From Bigelowiella natans CCMP2755 (Eukaryota; Protista; Cercozoa), in NCBI GenBank assembly GCA_000320545.1, contig ADNK01000618.1:90201-154200 (forward strand): DNA of 64,000 nucleotides, in the 5' to 3' direction. Numbering within the stretch: the stretch's first letter is position 1; each line of letters begins with the position of its first letter. The notes below the pieces were generated by a model. The model saw only the letters and a list, made by a program, of their open reading frames with translations, made no database searches and had not been told where the DNA came from. The translations under genes and the position numbers were made by a program. Positions 1 through 13,859 of this stretch are shown here, in pieces.

Positions 1-721
1 AATCAGATGATTCTGAAACTGTAACTGAGCAAAGCGGATAAAGTTGTTATTGAACATGTCACGAAATGTTGTTCCACGATAATAAATCGAGTGCAGAGAG
101 CTTCCGTAAGATTGTAGACGTCACATACGTCACATATACAATTGTAGATGGGCACACATGCATATTGATATCAAAGCATCGGCGGAGGAATTATATTGAC
201 ACCAAGCAACCATAGCAACTGGCATCATCCATGCTAATATGTGTCAGAGATGTGTATGTGAATCTCTTGAGAAAAGGAGCTATTTCAGCTCACAAAGATA
301 TATTTGCCAAGCACTAAAAAAGTAGTATGTACCATCGGTATGCTTACACGCGGCACACATGTTTACACCCTTGGCATGGGATGTCCATGGTACTTTTTGT
401 ACATTTACATCTAGACATGCGTGTGTACGCAATATTTGTTAGCTCATAGGCACATCGCTACGCGTAAACTCAGTAGCACGTATGCCAGAGATGATCTAGC
501 AGAAGAAACAGGGGCTATTCATGATCTCTCAATCTTTTCGCGTCGTCATTTTATTCAAAATATTGCATCATCGTCACTGTCATCGGCTCCAGCAGAGAGT
601 TATTTATTATTCGATCAGCATGCTTATGCTTGATGTGAAGAAACACATTTTATTTGTGCAGAGTATATACACAAAACATTTTATTGAAAAAATATTAATT
701 AAAGCCTGCAATCACACATAT

Positions 722-1039
722 TCATGGAATCTCAGGGAGATCCATGGGTGCTACAACAGCTAAAGCACGCATCTTGCGTGTGTACATCTTTGCACATACA
801 AATAGTACGATGCATTCCAGGGTAAGATAGGCCCCAGCTATGGAACTTTCGACGGGTATAGTTCCAAGTGATGCCAGAACAATGATCATGATGCCCCCCG
901 CAAAGTTATACAACCAAAGGGTTGGGACAACAAAGAATACTAACAGCTCAAGTCTTTCGCTACATCTGCCGTTCTCCATCCGACTACCAACTGACATTGC
1001 GTAAGAAACTATGATGTATGTGACGATGAACAGTATCAT
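722..1039 (-). CDS. small multi-pass membrane protein (possibly the last exon of a longer gene)
   Basis: 105-aa ORF with 3-4 hydrophobic segments and no microsatellite content. It sits head-to-head with the LtrA gene. No family recognised. Confidence 0.45.
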   Translation of the reverse strand: MILFIVTYIIVSYAMSVGSRMENGRCSERLELLVFFVVPTLWLYNFAGGIMIIVLASLGTIPVESSIAGAYLTLECIVLFVCAKMYTRKMRALAVVAPMDLPEIP

Positions 1040-1778
1040 CTAGTATTCTCTTTAAGGAGAGGTGCAGCGACCACCATGACGATCATCATGTGGCATCAAT
1101 GAGTCAGAAACTGATGAGTTCTGAGAGCAGCAGCAGTTGTTGTAGCAGCACCAGCAATTTCTGTTCTGATGCAGTTATCCGCATTGTCGCAGGGCCAAAA
1201 GGCCATTCACTTATTGTCTCTGTCTGTTGTCAGTATTCCTTGAACCCTTTTTCGAAATGGATCCTATTCTAGGATGGAGACAAAGCCTTTTATCTTGTCT
1301 CCCTAATTAAATAGATCCAATCTGCCTTAGGAGCACGTAAGGCTAAGACGTGGGACAGAAAGCAATACTCGCAGACAATTTGGGTAAAAACATCAGGTCG
1401 CGATGCCGATATGCCCTGCTTTTCTGACCTTCCCAAGATTCGGCAGTCGGCCCGGGTTCGAGAAGAAGCAAGCATGCCCACAATGGTGCTGGGGATAGAA
1501 TAGGGAAGGAGGGTGGGGGTGTGTGTGAGGTAACGAGTGCAGCATCATTTAGTAGGGATCAAACGGGCTTAGAACGTGGAAGATATAGTAATTTTAGGTT
1601 GGGTTCCTCACAAAACCATACTTTTCAGCACCCAAAAAAAACGATTGAGCTGTCCCGAGATGTCATTGATCAAAGGGAATCGAAGAGGCACGAATTTGCC
1701 AGCAATACATATGTGGAAGAAGAGATAAATTCTACGGATGAGAAATTACAAAAATCTTTAAATCCGCAGTTGACCAAG

Positions 1779-3477
1779 ATGTCAACAGGAAGTTCGCTTC
1801 CAACAGTGCAAGAAAGGGGTGAAGGAAGCAAAGTAGCAGAAGCGGATGATAAACGGGGGAAAATAGAGAAACAGAAGCCCTGGTGGATAAAATATTTCAG
1901 ACCACCAATCCTGCGACAGCTATGGGGCTCGGAACAAAAAGTCGATAAGATTTACCTCTCCACGTAATCTAGAATATTATATATATTTTCCTGATTGGTT
2001 ATCTCACTGACAGATCGCATGGTTTGAGCTCTTCTACGATTTGATTTATGTTGCCCTCGCCATAAATCTTTCTAGCTTTCTCAAGGAGAACAAAGATCTT
2101 CAGGGTGTGTTCACCGCCTTTCTTTACTTCGTCCAACTTTTCTACGCGTGGAATTCGCTCACGATGTTCGTGAGTCGATTTCTCACGAGGGATATGTACG
2201 GGACCTTCTTTAAATTTCTATACTCTTCTGCAGTCTTATTCATGAATGTTTTTGTCTTGGATGGGCTTGATGCGAGTCAGAACTTTTCCATTGGTGCAGC
2301 TGTATCAAGAGCTTGCTTGGTGATGCTGTACGCACAAGTATACTTTCTCGTACCACGGGCTTCCAAGTTCGCAAAAGCAGCAATTGTTGGAAATGCTGTC
2401 TCGACGTGCCTATTTGTTATAGCTGGCTTTACCCAGGTGGCTGCTACAATTCTTTTATGGCTTATCGCCGTGGGACCTGTGGAAGTGATTTGGGTGTGGT
2501 ATACGTATCGAACAACCCAGGCTAGCATTCCTGTCAATGTGGAGCACATTTCCGAGAGGTGTTGGGTCATTTTTGCCACATATATTCTAATAAAACAACA
2601 TGATGAATGTAACTGTACAGTTTTCATCGTGACTTATGCCAAGTCTCTCGCATTGGTACATGTTGTAGGTGTCTCTAATAACATATGCTCTTTTTCCATC
2701 AATGACAGATACGGGCTCTTCATTATGTTGATGCATGGTGAATCGATTATCGCAATCGGAACGGATACAAGTGTGAATACTACCGATGATTTCATCATAG
2801 TTTTCTGGGGCTTTGTAATTGTGTTTGCGATGCATTTCCTCTACTATGGATCCCTTCCTAAGGAACCTGAGGAGCATGCTTTGCGGATCAGTGCAAATCG
2901 TGGGAGGACATTCGTCTACGCTCACATATTTACCGGATTTTCTCTCATTGCTCTAGGAACAGCTATATCTGAGCTAAAAAAGGCAGTGGACGCTGGGAAA
3001 AATAAAGGGAAAAGGAGTAGTTTCAACCTCTTTGCCCTCTCTGTGGTACTATTCCTGATCTCATGCAACGTGATTCGAGTCACGCACAATTTCCCAAAGC
3101 GCAGCTTACCAGTTTGGGTGTTCCGGAAGATGGTCCTAGTAGTGATGATCGTTCTCCCTTTCGTTGCATCGAGTCAGTTTGAGCCAGAGGGAATCGTCCG
3201 AGTCTACGCCATACTCATGGTAGTGCTTGTGAACGTGGAAGCCATTGGATCCAATCACGAGGAGGAGGAGAGCAATGAAGAAATCACTCACTTGAACCAG
3301 CTTCCTCTGCCCCCGAAAGAATTGAAGGTGCAAGATTTGAAAACCGTGGATCTAGAGGATCAGACATATCGTGGGAAATCCATCGATGAAACAGGGTCTC
3401 GATATTTTAGACCGCCCCTGAAGAGGCAAGGAGGACACGCTAAAATTGGATCATCAGCAGATCTTTGCTATCTATGA
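1779..3477 (+). CDS. Low temperature requirement A (LtrA)-family membrane protein, 3 exons
   Basis: Removing introns 1941-2013 and 2559-2708 restores the LtrA motifs IAWFELFYDLIYV and VEHISERYGLFIMLMHGESII. Many TM helices. Start uncertain (frame is open from 1521). Confidence 0.85.
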
Positions 3478-3689
3478 GCAGCAGGCCGTGCTGACGAAAA
3501 CTGATAAACTCTATCGCCCCAGTTCGTCGAAAACATACAATCGCTTGATGCTGATGTATAATAATAATAGGCCGAGGCTTCGCATCGAATCAGGGACTTT
3601 TTGGTTCTAGGTAATTATTTATGGCTGCTACAGAGCATACGAACAACACATTCTCTGCCTTAGCGCACGCCTCTGCGCAGTTCTATGAC

Positions 3690-3973
3690 GACGGATGTAT
3701 GCAATATAGGGACTGATGAATGTATAAATGACTGCAGTCTTTTCAATGGTCATCCTAGCTGATGTAGCTGTGTGCAGCAGCGGCGTTAGATTACATTACT
3801 TAGCTGGCTCTATACAATGCATCCAAAGTGCGCTTTCGCATCTTGGCAGAAACATGTAAACAGGCACAACCTAATAAGCGCTGTAGCCGCAGCTTTGCAC
3901 AGCTACATTAGGATATAAGGATGACCATTGGAAAGATTTCTAGATTTAATCAATTCATTACATCCGTCTCATA
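3690..3973. repeat. inverted pair of ~85-bp dispersed element (3690-3785 +, 3875-3973 -)
   Basis: Matches the consensus TGTGAGACGGATGTAATGAA..TTTCAATGGTCATCCTAATGTAGCTGTGC..GCGGCTACAGCGCT. Confidence 0.8.
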
Positions 3974-4285
3974 CAATGCATCCAAGTAAGTACTTCGTCG
4001 CGTCGCATCATGTCCGTGTGTCGTCGTGCGCACAGCTAGCGTCCATCACGGTAGTAGAATGCATGCGCGACTGAGAAACGTGCGGCGGAGATACAACAGC
4101 AGCCATGTTATATATACGCAGCGTCACATAGAGCTAGCTACATGTACTCACAAGATGACTTCCAACGTAACGCATTAATAGTGTGCAACTTCTTGCTCAT
4201 AGCATAGCGCGCGCACTGCTGCACATCTAAAATGCTAAGTGCTTTATTTGTGCACTGCCAGCTAGGCAACAGTACACACGCGCAC

Positions 4286-4341
4286 GCTACATCAGGATGA
4301 CTATTGATCAAGTTTAAATTAATCATTGCACCCATCTCACA
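4286..4341 (-). repeat. degenerate copy of ~85-bp element
   Basis: gctacatcaggatgactattga...tcattgcacccatctcaca. Confidence 0.65.
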
Positions 4342-4547
4342 CGCGCACGCACTACTTTATATACAGCCATAAATGTACATTGGTATACATGTATACATCT
4401 AGACATCCGATACATGCGTACATGCACATGTGATTTCAGCTCATGCAAATGATGTAGAAATCTTATTAAAATCACAACGTTAGGGACAATCGTACATGCT
4501 TAAAGAATCTATGCCTCCTGGCTTCATTTTAGTGGTCCTCCTGTATG

Positions 4548-6133
4548 TTATTCTTTCTTCTCAGCTTCTTCTTTATCTTTTGCCTCCTTGTCACCCTAAA
4601 GAGAGAAAAAACAACGATTGATCTTTGAATACCTGTAATAGATAATCTTTCAAGCGTTTCTAATGTTTAATGTCAGACCTCTGGTTCTTCTTCCTTTTTA
4701 CCCTCTTCTTCATCCTTTTTACCCTCTTCTTGATCTTTTTCCTCCGTTTTTTCCTTATCTTCCTTTGCCTTCTCTTCATTCTCCTTCTTCTTTTCCTACA
4801 GTTTAGCACCGTAATTAAATTGGGTCGTTGCGGAGAAAAAAGTATGATAATTTATTCAGTGGATATTGTTTAAAACTCTTCATATTACCGCATCAAGAGA
4901 CAACTTTTCACCGAGAGTCTTGCGAAGCTGAGCGTTGTGACTGAAAAGAACAAATGTTACCGGGGTAATACTTTCGGATGATAAATTCTTCATCTAGCGA
5001 CTTTTTGATTAACGTAACGTCATCCTTGTGCCTTTCAGTCATTAGCATGGTTTCGTCTTCAGCCTAGGTGAGATTTGAGAAATTGCATGAATCATGAAAA
5101 AAGAAAAAGATTGATGTAATATAAATGCGTACTCTTTTGGTCATAGCGTTCACACGATCCACTTGGTTCTGTATTTTCGCTTCGAGATCTGCACACTAGT
5201 TTATGGACGAAAAGGTACATACAATGAGATATTCAGTGTGAATGTATAGGCAGTATCGTGCATCCTACCTCTCTCTCTAAACGTGAGATTGTATCTTCGT
5301 TGTCCTTTTGCGTTTGTCTCTGGCACAAGGCACTTCGCATGCCATACGCAATGCTACTCTCATACCTACACCAAATTCACCCGATTTTCATCAGAATATT
5401 GTTCGGAGAAAAACACAGAAAAGGAACTCACAATGTTTGAAAAGTGGCCATTTCCATTCTAAGCTCCTCACGAACTCGCAGCAGCAACAATCCTCTTTCA
5501 GCACAGTTGACCGTCACCTTAGTGTTGAGGGCAAAAACTTTCGTTAGACAAAATAAGGAGGAGAACAAAGTAGGATGACCAAGCCTGACCTGTCTAATAA
5601 CTTCATCGAAAGCTTGTGAGTAGAGCTCTTCCCGGATCGGACAGAGACCAGTCTCTCTAGCTTGTTTTTGTTGGAGCTTTGTATCCAGGTTTTTTTGGAG
5701 CAGAAGGACATCCTAGTTGACGAAGGAAGAGCAGATATCATTCGACGAATATTTCAATACCGTGAGTAATGCAACGAACCTTCTTTGTGGAGGGAGCTGA
5801 AGAAACATACTGAACCCACAACTGGCCCTGATCTGTCCACTCACGAGGTGGCAAGATTGAGTTCAAGATGTCTTCCGTAGGCGTCAATTTATTCTGTAAA
5901 TATGGAAGAATCAGTGTCTCCCAAACAATGTAAATTGGAAAAAGCAAGTTGTAATGCAAGATTATTCGGAAGCGGAAAATTGGGAATGATTCTAATTCTT
6001 ATTTTTCAAAATACTCGTACTAGCAAGCTACAAGCTGCACTGAGCATGCTACCTTTTTGGTATCCCCCTTCTTTGTAGTTGAGAGTTGGATAGGATTGTT
6101 ATATTTAACAAGACAGTGATTGGCGGGCAACAT
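4548..6133 (-). CDS. DNALI1: axonemal inner-arm dynein light chain p28 (multi-exon) with acidic/basic C-terminal tail
   Basis: Exons encode MLPANHCLVKYNNP, TEDILNSILPPREWTDQGQLWVQYVSSAPST, QARETGLCPIREELY, VTVNCAERGLLLLRVREE and YESSIAYGMR, all hallmark p28 motifs. Confidence 0.93.
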
Positions 6134-7082
6134 GGTGAGTAAGCAGCCGCTGAAAACAAATTATTGAGTTAAAATAACTTGAATGAGTTATCAGCTGTCG
6201 GCCAACAAAACGATGAAAGATCTATGAGAAACACACAGCTTCCTCTTTGTTACGAGATATGGTCTTCCAATATTTGATTATAACATGCATCTGGATTTTA
6301 ATATCCACGTTTTGAAGCTTTCATCTTCTCTGGAAAACACGCTTCATTGAAAATTAATTTTCTCCCAATCGTTTATCTGTGCGAGATGAGGTAGTACTCA
6401 TTCTACAGTGTTCATATATTGCATGTAGGAATTCTTCCTAACCAACTCATTATTCCTCTGTTATTTAAATGAGTCCCCAGTGGAGGGAAAGGGGGAAAGC
6501 TAGGGTGGAATTCCGGGAGGGGCGTTACCAGGGGGCGTTTCCTTGGGCTCAGAGCAGGGATTCGATGCCGAGAAGACAGTTTGGAAACTGACTGATCCTA
6601 CATGTCTTCCAGGATAAATAGAGGCGGTTTTTAATTTCACGTGTAAATTCTTCTTGCGACACCGAAAATATCCAGTCGCTGCGAGCAATTGAATATCTCG
6701 ACATGGAAATGTCTCACAGAGATACTCGTAGATAATTACTGTTCGTTGTGTTTGCTGTTGTCTTGCGGGTCAAGCCCCTTTGCATGTAAATCATCTTTTT
6801 ATGATGTTATCCCGATGATTTTCAGCCCAAAACACTCATTTTTCGTTGACAATAGCACGAGTGTGACAGGGAGCTGGTTACCTCGACTTTGTTCCCCATC
6901 TCCATCTTCCACTCCCCTACACAACATAGATCCACTTGAAATAGATTCATTGGGAGTTGCTATACCCAAAACAAGCAAGCTAAACTTCTGTTCCCTCTTT
7001 TACACTTTGGGAGAGACAACTTTGAGTTTTTGAGGAAACGCTGGAAGAAGTAATTGAAGAAAGAGGGCACTTCAGGAGGAGC

Positions 7083-8657
7083 ATGCTCACAATCCGAGGT
7101 CAAAGTATCTCCAAACAAACCTTTAACCCTTTGCCTTAGATGTATTTGATGACAGTTGAGGAGGCAAGAGGCTTGATTGCTGCTGACCAAAACGGTGAGG
7201 CTCCGATAGAAACCTAGATTTGTGCTTTTTGTCTCTAAATGCTGCTGCTACTACTCTTCCGGTCACTCAGGTTTCAGCGACCCATATTGCAAGTTTCAGT
7301 TCAAGAAAACTAAGTACCGCACTCGGACGGAGAGAAAGACCCTATTTCCAAAATGGAACAAGCAGTTCGAAATGTAGTTGCGCAACATAAGGGAAAATTG
7401 GATGTTCTACTCATGCTTTGCTAAGATTCTTTGTATTGCATTTCCAGATTGAAAGTTAAAGACGAGGATTTGGACACAGAGATCCGAATTGAGGTGTTGA
7501 CAAATCGAGCCTAGTTTTCGTCGCTATTTCCTGTGTACATATTAGGCTAGGATGACACTCTCTTTGGAAAGAGTCGAATACAGTAAGTAGGCTGTAACAA
7601 CGCTTTCCGAACCTTTCAATCATCAGGTTTACGATGAGGATCTCGTAGGAAAGAATGATTTCTTGGGCCAGCATATCTTCAAACTCTCTACTCTTCGCTT
7701 GGTCCCAACTTAATCTTTTATCATCTTTACTTACCCGCGGAAATTTCCAAACCTTATTGCCGACTATGACCCTTGATGCATCACCATTTCCAGGGAGCAA
7801 CCTCAGGATGGTTTGATCTGCAAAATAAAGGTACTAGTGAAGGCCTATCGTTTGGCAGGAATTGGGAGGGAGGGTGGAGGGAAGATAAAATGCTCATTGT
7901 CTCCTCTTGTCAGCAAACAAAACTGACGAGTTGCGCGGACAGATTCGTGTGAAGGTACAATGCATAGGCATTCTCAAAATCACGTATTCTTAATAATTTT
8001 CAAAGCTTTGGTCACAACATAATTTTAGACATATTTTCTTCATAAGAGTATGTATTTTTTCGTGGCGGAACTGTCGGTGTTATAAATCATGATATCGTTC
8101 AGATTGAAGGACAAACATCTCTTTAAATTGACTATCAGCAAGTTTGACTTCTATTCACCAACCACAGATGATCTACGAAGATTTGAATACGAACCAAATG
8201 TCGCAGTCAAATGCAGCTTTCAGGGTCATTATCATTATCACCACCATTAACACAAGATACAGCATATTCATATAAAATATCACGCACCTGTCTGATAATC
8301 CAATACGAAATGCGCATATATGGTGCGCTAATTTGCATAACGGACAATACTAGCATCCTTCCGCTTACATCCTCTTTTGTCTTTCGACAATATACCAAAA
8401 TTAAATTCATCGCCTATATTTAATCAGTGCTAATATAACCGACAATTCAGTTCCTAGAAATAGCGACTTTTATCGTGGATGAAATCGCCGGTCGTGGTGA
8501 CTATCTGAATAATCTCATTTTGATGTGTGTTGGAAAGGCGCTTGACGATGAAGAAGAGAAGGAATACAAGTCCAAAAACAATTATCTCGATGTATTGATT
8601 ATTTCACATAGTTGGGCGTGCTCAAACTATTTTCACATGCCAACCACACAATACGCA

Positions 8658-8692
<35 letters not shown>

Positions 8693-8694
8693 AT

Positions 8695-8733
<39 letters not shown>

Positions 8734-9307
8734 TAAGTTTTTAATACCCGTGTACGATAATTGTAATGAGAGAAGCAATCAGAGAGAACTTGCCAATGCT
8801 TGCTCACTTACTAATACGGTTTAAGTCGTCACTTTTACGATGATGATGATGATGATGATGATGATAACTGATGTTGTTTAGGTCTTCATCGGCACCTGGA
8901 ACGTTGGAAATGCTCCCCCGCCACCTGACCTGTCTCCTTGGATTCCGAAAGACGAGAAGTATTCGCTATATGTTATCGGGACCCAGGAGTGCAAGTCAGT
9001 TGTTAACAGTGATGATGCATAATAACAACCACGTTGCTATTATTTAGTGTTCCATTGAAAAAGATGATGATGATGATGATTGCTACATACATATCATCTA
9101 TCCTAACGTCTCTGTAAAACCCCGAAAGTTTTAACAATTCTTTTCACATTTTTCTTCCTTTTTCTCTTCTTCTTTTTTATTCTTTCTTCCTCCACTCGCA
9201 GGTATAAATTCCGTGAGCCGTATGACAGTTGTGCAGATGACTGGAAGGGAACGCTCGTTACGCATTTCGTAATACCCGATCTCTCTTCCCCCGCTCACTC
9301 CCCCCTC

Positions 9308-9349
<42 letters not shown>

Positions 9350-11238
9350 CCAATATCCTTCTTCCATCTCTCCCTCTTTCTCGCTCACTCAGAATCTTCA
9401 AATGACATTAATCATCAATCTTCCTTTTCCTTTTGCCGCCGCCGTTGATCATCAAATTCTTCGCTCCATCGTTCGTAGGGTCCTAGTTACTGTGTCTTGA
9501 AGCAACGAAGCCTTGGCCAAATGAGAATTATTGTCTTTTGCAAGTAAGTGTCGGTCTTTGTCATGGCTAAATATTTGATTGATCATGGCTATGAACAATG
9601 CCGTTTAGATGATGATGATGCGTATGTTTGTTCCTGCGTTGAATTTTGTAACCTATGATATGCACAATACAATACACATTCACATTCACACTTACTCGCA
9701 CTCACGAATAGAGAGGAAGATAGATAGAGAGAGGGAGGGGGGAGAGAGAACGACCAGCTCACAGGCATTAATATTCCTACACTTTAGGCGGGCAGACCAA
9801 ACGAAGTTCATGAATTTTGAAACCGCGACAGAGGCCACAGGCATAGGCCACGTTATGTCCAACAAAGGTACAAAGGGGGGGAGATGGAAGTCTGTAAACC
9901 GATTTGATACCGTATGATTTTGAAGGTTTAAACAAATATGTATCTTCCGTATAGGTGGCGTTGCGATCTCTCTCACGTAATATCAACTGAAATTAGCCCA
10001 TGGATGAATTCCTTAAGAAAAGGGGGGAAAAGAAGAAGATGATGATTAAGGACAAGGAGAAGAAGAAGATGATGACACGAAAGATCATGCAAGCCTGCAA
10101 TAGAATGATGATTACTATTTCTGTAACCCTCGATGATAGTGCACATTAACGTTGGAAGCAAGCCTATCATTCACGTCATCATCCTTCATCTACCAGCTAG
10201 CAGCCTTACAATAATGACACCTAGCAGTGCTGATTCGGGCACCGATCTTGGTATTTCTTGACAAGTGTGCTTCCTTTTTTTCAGGTACATGGATACGGAT
10301 ATCTGCTTCATCAATGCACACCTAGCAGCTCATCAGCATAAGGTGGTGGACCGAGAAATACATGCATTCATAATACACCATACACAAAATAAACTTACGA
10401 GTCTAGTCTATTTATCTGATTCCTCATACTAACTCCTTTTACTGATTTCTTCTCCCCTCCTCTCTTCCGCTTCCTTCCTCCTCTACAACTATGCTTGGTG
10501 CTGAATAAACCACAGACAGCACGACGTAACTCCGACGTGCAAGAAATCATAAATGGTACGTATCGTGAACTAACTGACAGGAAATAGCAAATGAGAAATT
10601 AAGTGATGAGAGTTTTCTCTCTCCCTCACTCCCTCCCTCCCTCCCCCTCTCTCTCCCTCTTCACAGGGATCTCAAGAACTCTGGGCAAGTTTAAGGCAGA
10701 CATCATGTGTCAATTCGACCACGTCATCTTTATGGGAGATCTCAACTATCGCTTAGATTATGGTTGGAAGGACAATGATATTTTATGATGCCGACGATTC
10801 AGTGATGATTTCCGACAACTTCTTTAAACTCATACTTAAGACCGAATCACTTGTGTTTGAACAAAATTCGTTGATATTAAATATTTTGAATTCTGCTTGA
10901 TGTTTTCTGCTTTGTGTTCGTCTCCTCTTTCTCTCCCTCCCCCTCAGGCGACCAGGGAGAGGAAAAGAAGCCAACCAAGGAACAATTTGACAATATGGTG
11001 AAAAAGGTCGTCTTGTTTCTTCCTCTGCTAAATACTTTAATAAATAAAAAGATAATTAAATAAATAAAAACGTCTTTTTATTGTGATGGAGGTTACTGTG
11101 AGGGAACGTTCACACTTCTTTACTGTAAATATGATCTGCTACTGCTGCTACTGCTGCTGCTGCTTCTGCATTCGAAATAATAATGACTGCGATATTCATC
11201 ATAGTAGTGTGAATTCTCATATTATTAACAGCACCAGT

Positions 11239-11272
<34 letters not shown>

Positions 11273-11746
11273 CCTCTGTGCCTACTCCTGATGTATCATG
11301 ATTACTTGTTTTGCTATCAACACTAATGCCATCCATTGTTCCTATCTGATGCCAGATTGAGAACGAGAAGTACGACGTGTTATTTTCCTGCGATCAACTC
11401 AGCACGGAAATGAGGAAGGTGTGTGTAAGGGGGCGAGGGGGGGTATTGTTTTGGATCTCTTCTTCTTCTTCCTCTTCTCTTTCTTCTTTTGTTTCTTGTG
11501 ACTATACTTCTTAAGTTATCCCATTACAAAGCATTATCCTATAAAATATCGTGATTGCTTGTATAACATGCTCCTGCTACTGCTGCTCGGTTGTTCACCT
11601 TCCAAATACAGGGCCGCGTGCTGTGCGGATTCAAAGAGGGCAGTTACCACTTCCCACCAACCTTTAAAGTACTGCGACAGAAGGAGCTCGCTTACACGGA
11701 GGAACGCTCTCCATCATGGTGAGAAAGGATTCCTATAATTATGCAT

Positions 11747-11788
<42 letters not shown>

Positions 11789-12057
11789 ACTGACATTGAT
11801 TGATAATTTTTACTCAAACAAAGGTGTGATCGAATCTTGTGGCATTCATTGACGAAGGAATATGTGCAGCAGGTTAAGTTGTAGTTGTCTAAGTATTTGT
11901 GGTGATAAATACGGTGCGGTGGTGCTCGTACACCTCGCATTCAATATTTATATCTTGCTCTGATTATTATCTCCATAGTTGTCTTTGAAGCCAGCTATGG
12001 ATATTGCCACGTCGGATCACAAGCCAGTATCTGCGGTATGCTTTCTTAACTGCTGTG

Positions 12058-12097
<40 letters not shown>

Positions 12098-12586
12098 TTA
12101 TTATGTGTGTCATATTGTGCTAGTGGATGCGATTCATTGCTGATAGAACTAGTAGGTTTATGTATCAGTATGCATTGACTGTTGACACACTGCTGTTATT
12201 ATTTATTCGCAGGTGCTACGACTACCTACCTACAACCTTCCAGGTCTCACTCGATCGACAGTGGCCTCCGTGAAAATTGGCCTCGATCAGGTTGAAATGA
12301 ATAAACAATAGCAACATAACAGATAACAATCACTACGACAAGGTACTACAAGTCTGTTTTGTAGCGACACCTACTGCAGTTGCTCTTTCGAGACTTCTGC
12401 ACTTATCTTCTCCTTTTCTATCTCCGAGCAGCTTATGAATGCCTCCCTTCTCTCCTTTTCATCAGGTCAAATGCTTCCGTCTACCCCCCATGGACCAGCA
12501 TGGGTCGCTAGGAGAGACGACGATAACGATAATGATGATGATAATGATGTGGAAGATGATAGGCAACCTAAACGCACGCACACACA

Positions 12587-12638
<52 letters not shown>

Positions 12639-13294
12639 TGCACACACACGCTCACATGCCATTAGGCTCGCTGACACTTTCGTGTCTTTGATGGGAGAAA
12701 TGATCGCTCCAACGGCCAAATCATCCTCCTCTGTCGTCAAAGTAGTGCATACTAACACAACACCATTATAACCGATGATCTTTAAGTTGTGGCGATGAGG
12801 AAAAGCGCAAATTAAGATGATGTGACACAGTGATCAAACTAAGTTGTTCATAGGTATGTGTAACGTTTACTTTGCTCCCTTTCCACCTCGTCCTCTCAGA
12901 AATCATTGAATCCTGTGTACAGCAACATTCCAGACATCAATTCGACGATAAAGAACCCGTAAGAACTGAGTATTGATGCTGCTATCTCTGCTTACTGCAG
13001 TGTGTTGCGTTTCGTTTCAAAACTCACTCTCAACCTTTTGTCGCCCTTCCTCTTTTTCTCCTATTTATTAATTGTCCAGTGACCGACTCATGTACACCAA
13101 TATCATCGTCAAGATTAGCGAAAAGGATGTGATGAGCTCCAAAACTATTGGTAATGATGTTGAATTATCATTGCTTCTCATCCTATTCAGCTATGCGTAT
13201 TTCCTCGTCAGGTTATACGGTACTACCACTACGCTGGTTTCTTCCCGAAGATGGCAAGAAAGTACGATTCCGTTGCATCTTTTGTCCATATCCG

Positions 13295-13333
<39 letters not shown>

Positions 13334-13859
13334 TGAACGTGAGCGGGTAAGAGATTTAATACCTTATTAGTTCTTACGTCAATGAAGGCCGGAGAATGAT
13401 GACACAGATTATTGCGATAAATAGTACTGATAGCCTGTTTGTGTGTGAATGGGGGGGGGAATATTTTTGTAGGCTCGGTCCAAGATGTTCAGGCATCACT
13501 TGATGAAAGGTCTCCATTCTCAGAATTAATGCAAGATTACAACACGAACAGATAATCAAATCAACACACGAATCCATGTGGGATCGCACAAAAATACACG
13601 CAAATGCACTTATAAAAGAATGAATGAGGTTTACTCAAATGCCTTCGTTGTTGTAAACATCAGGAGGAGTTTACATTGGCAGTGCTGTGATCCAGGGAAG
13701 AGTTACAATCGTTGTGGAGGAAGAAGATGGTAAGCTAGATAGACAATGGTTATTTCAACTGTCTTTTTCTTGTTATTTGATTAGTTGATCATGCACCAAG
13801 CATCTCCCTCATGATGTTTCCTCCTCTTCATTCTTCACATTACTTTCTCTTCAGAGTGA
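7083..13859 (+). CDS. inositol polyphosphate 5-phosphatase with N- and C-terminal C2 domains (>25 exons)
   Basis: C2: TIRVEEARGLIAADQNGFSDPYCK...KTLFPKWNKQF...VYDEDLVGKNDFLG. IPPc: FIGTWNVG, VIGTQEC, NKGGV, FINAHLAAH, FMGDLNYR, PPTFK, PSWCDRILW, SDHKPV. Second C2-like: LPPMDQHGLADTFV...KSLNPVY. The 5' end may extend further. Confidence 0.92.
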
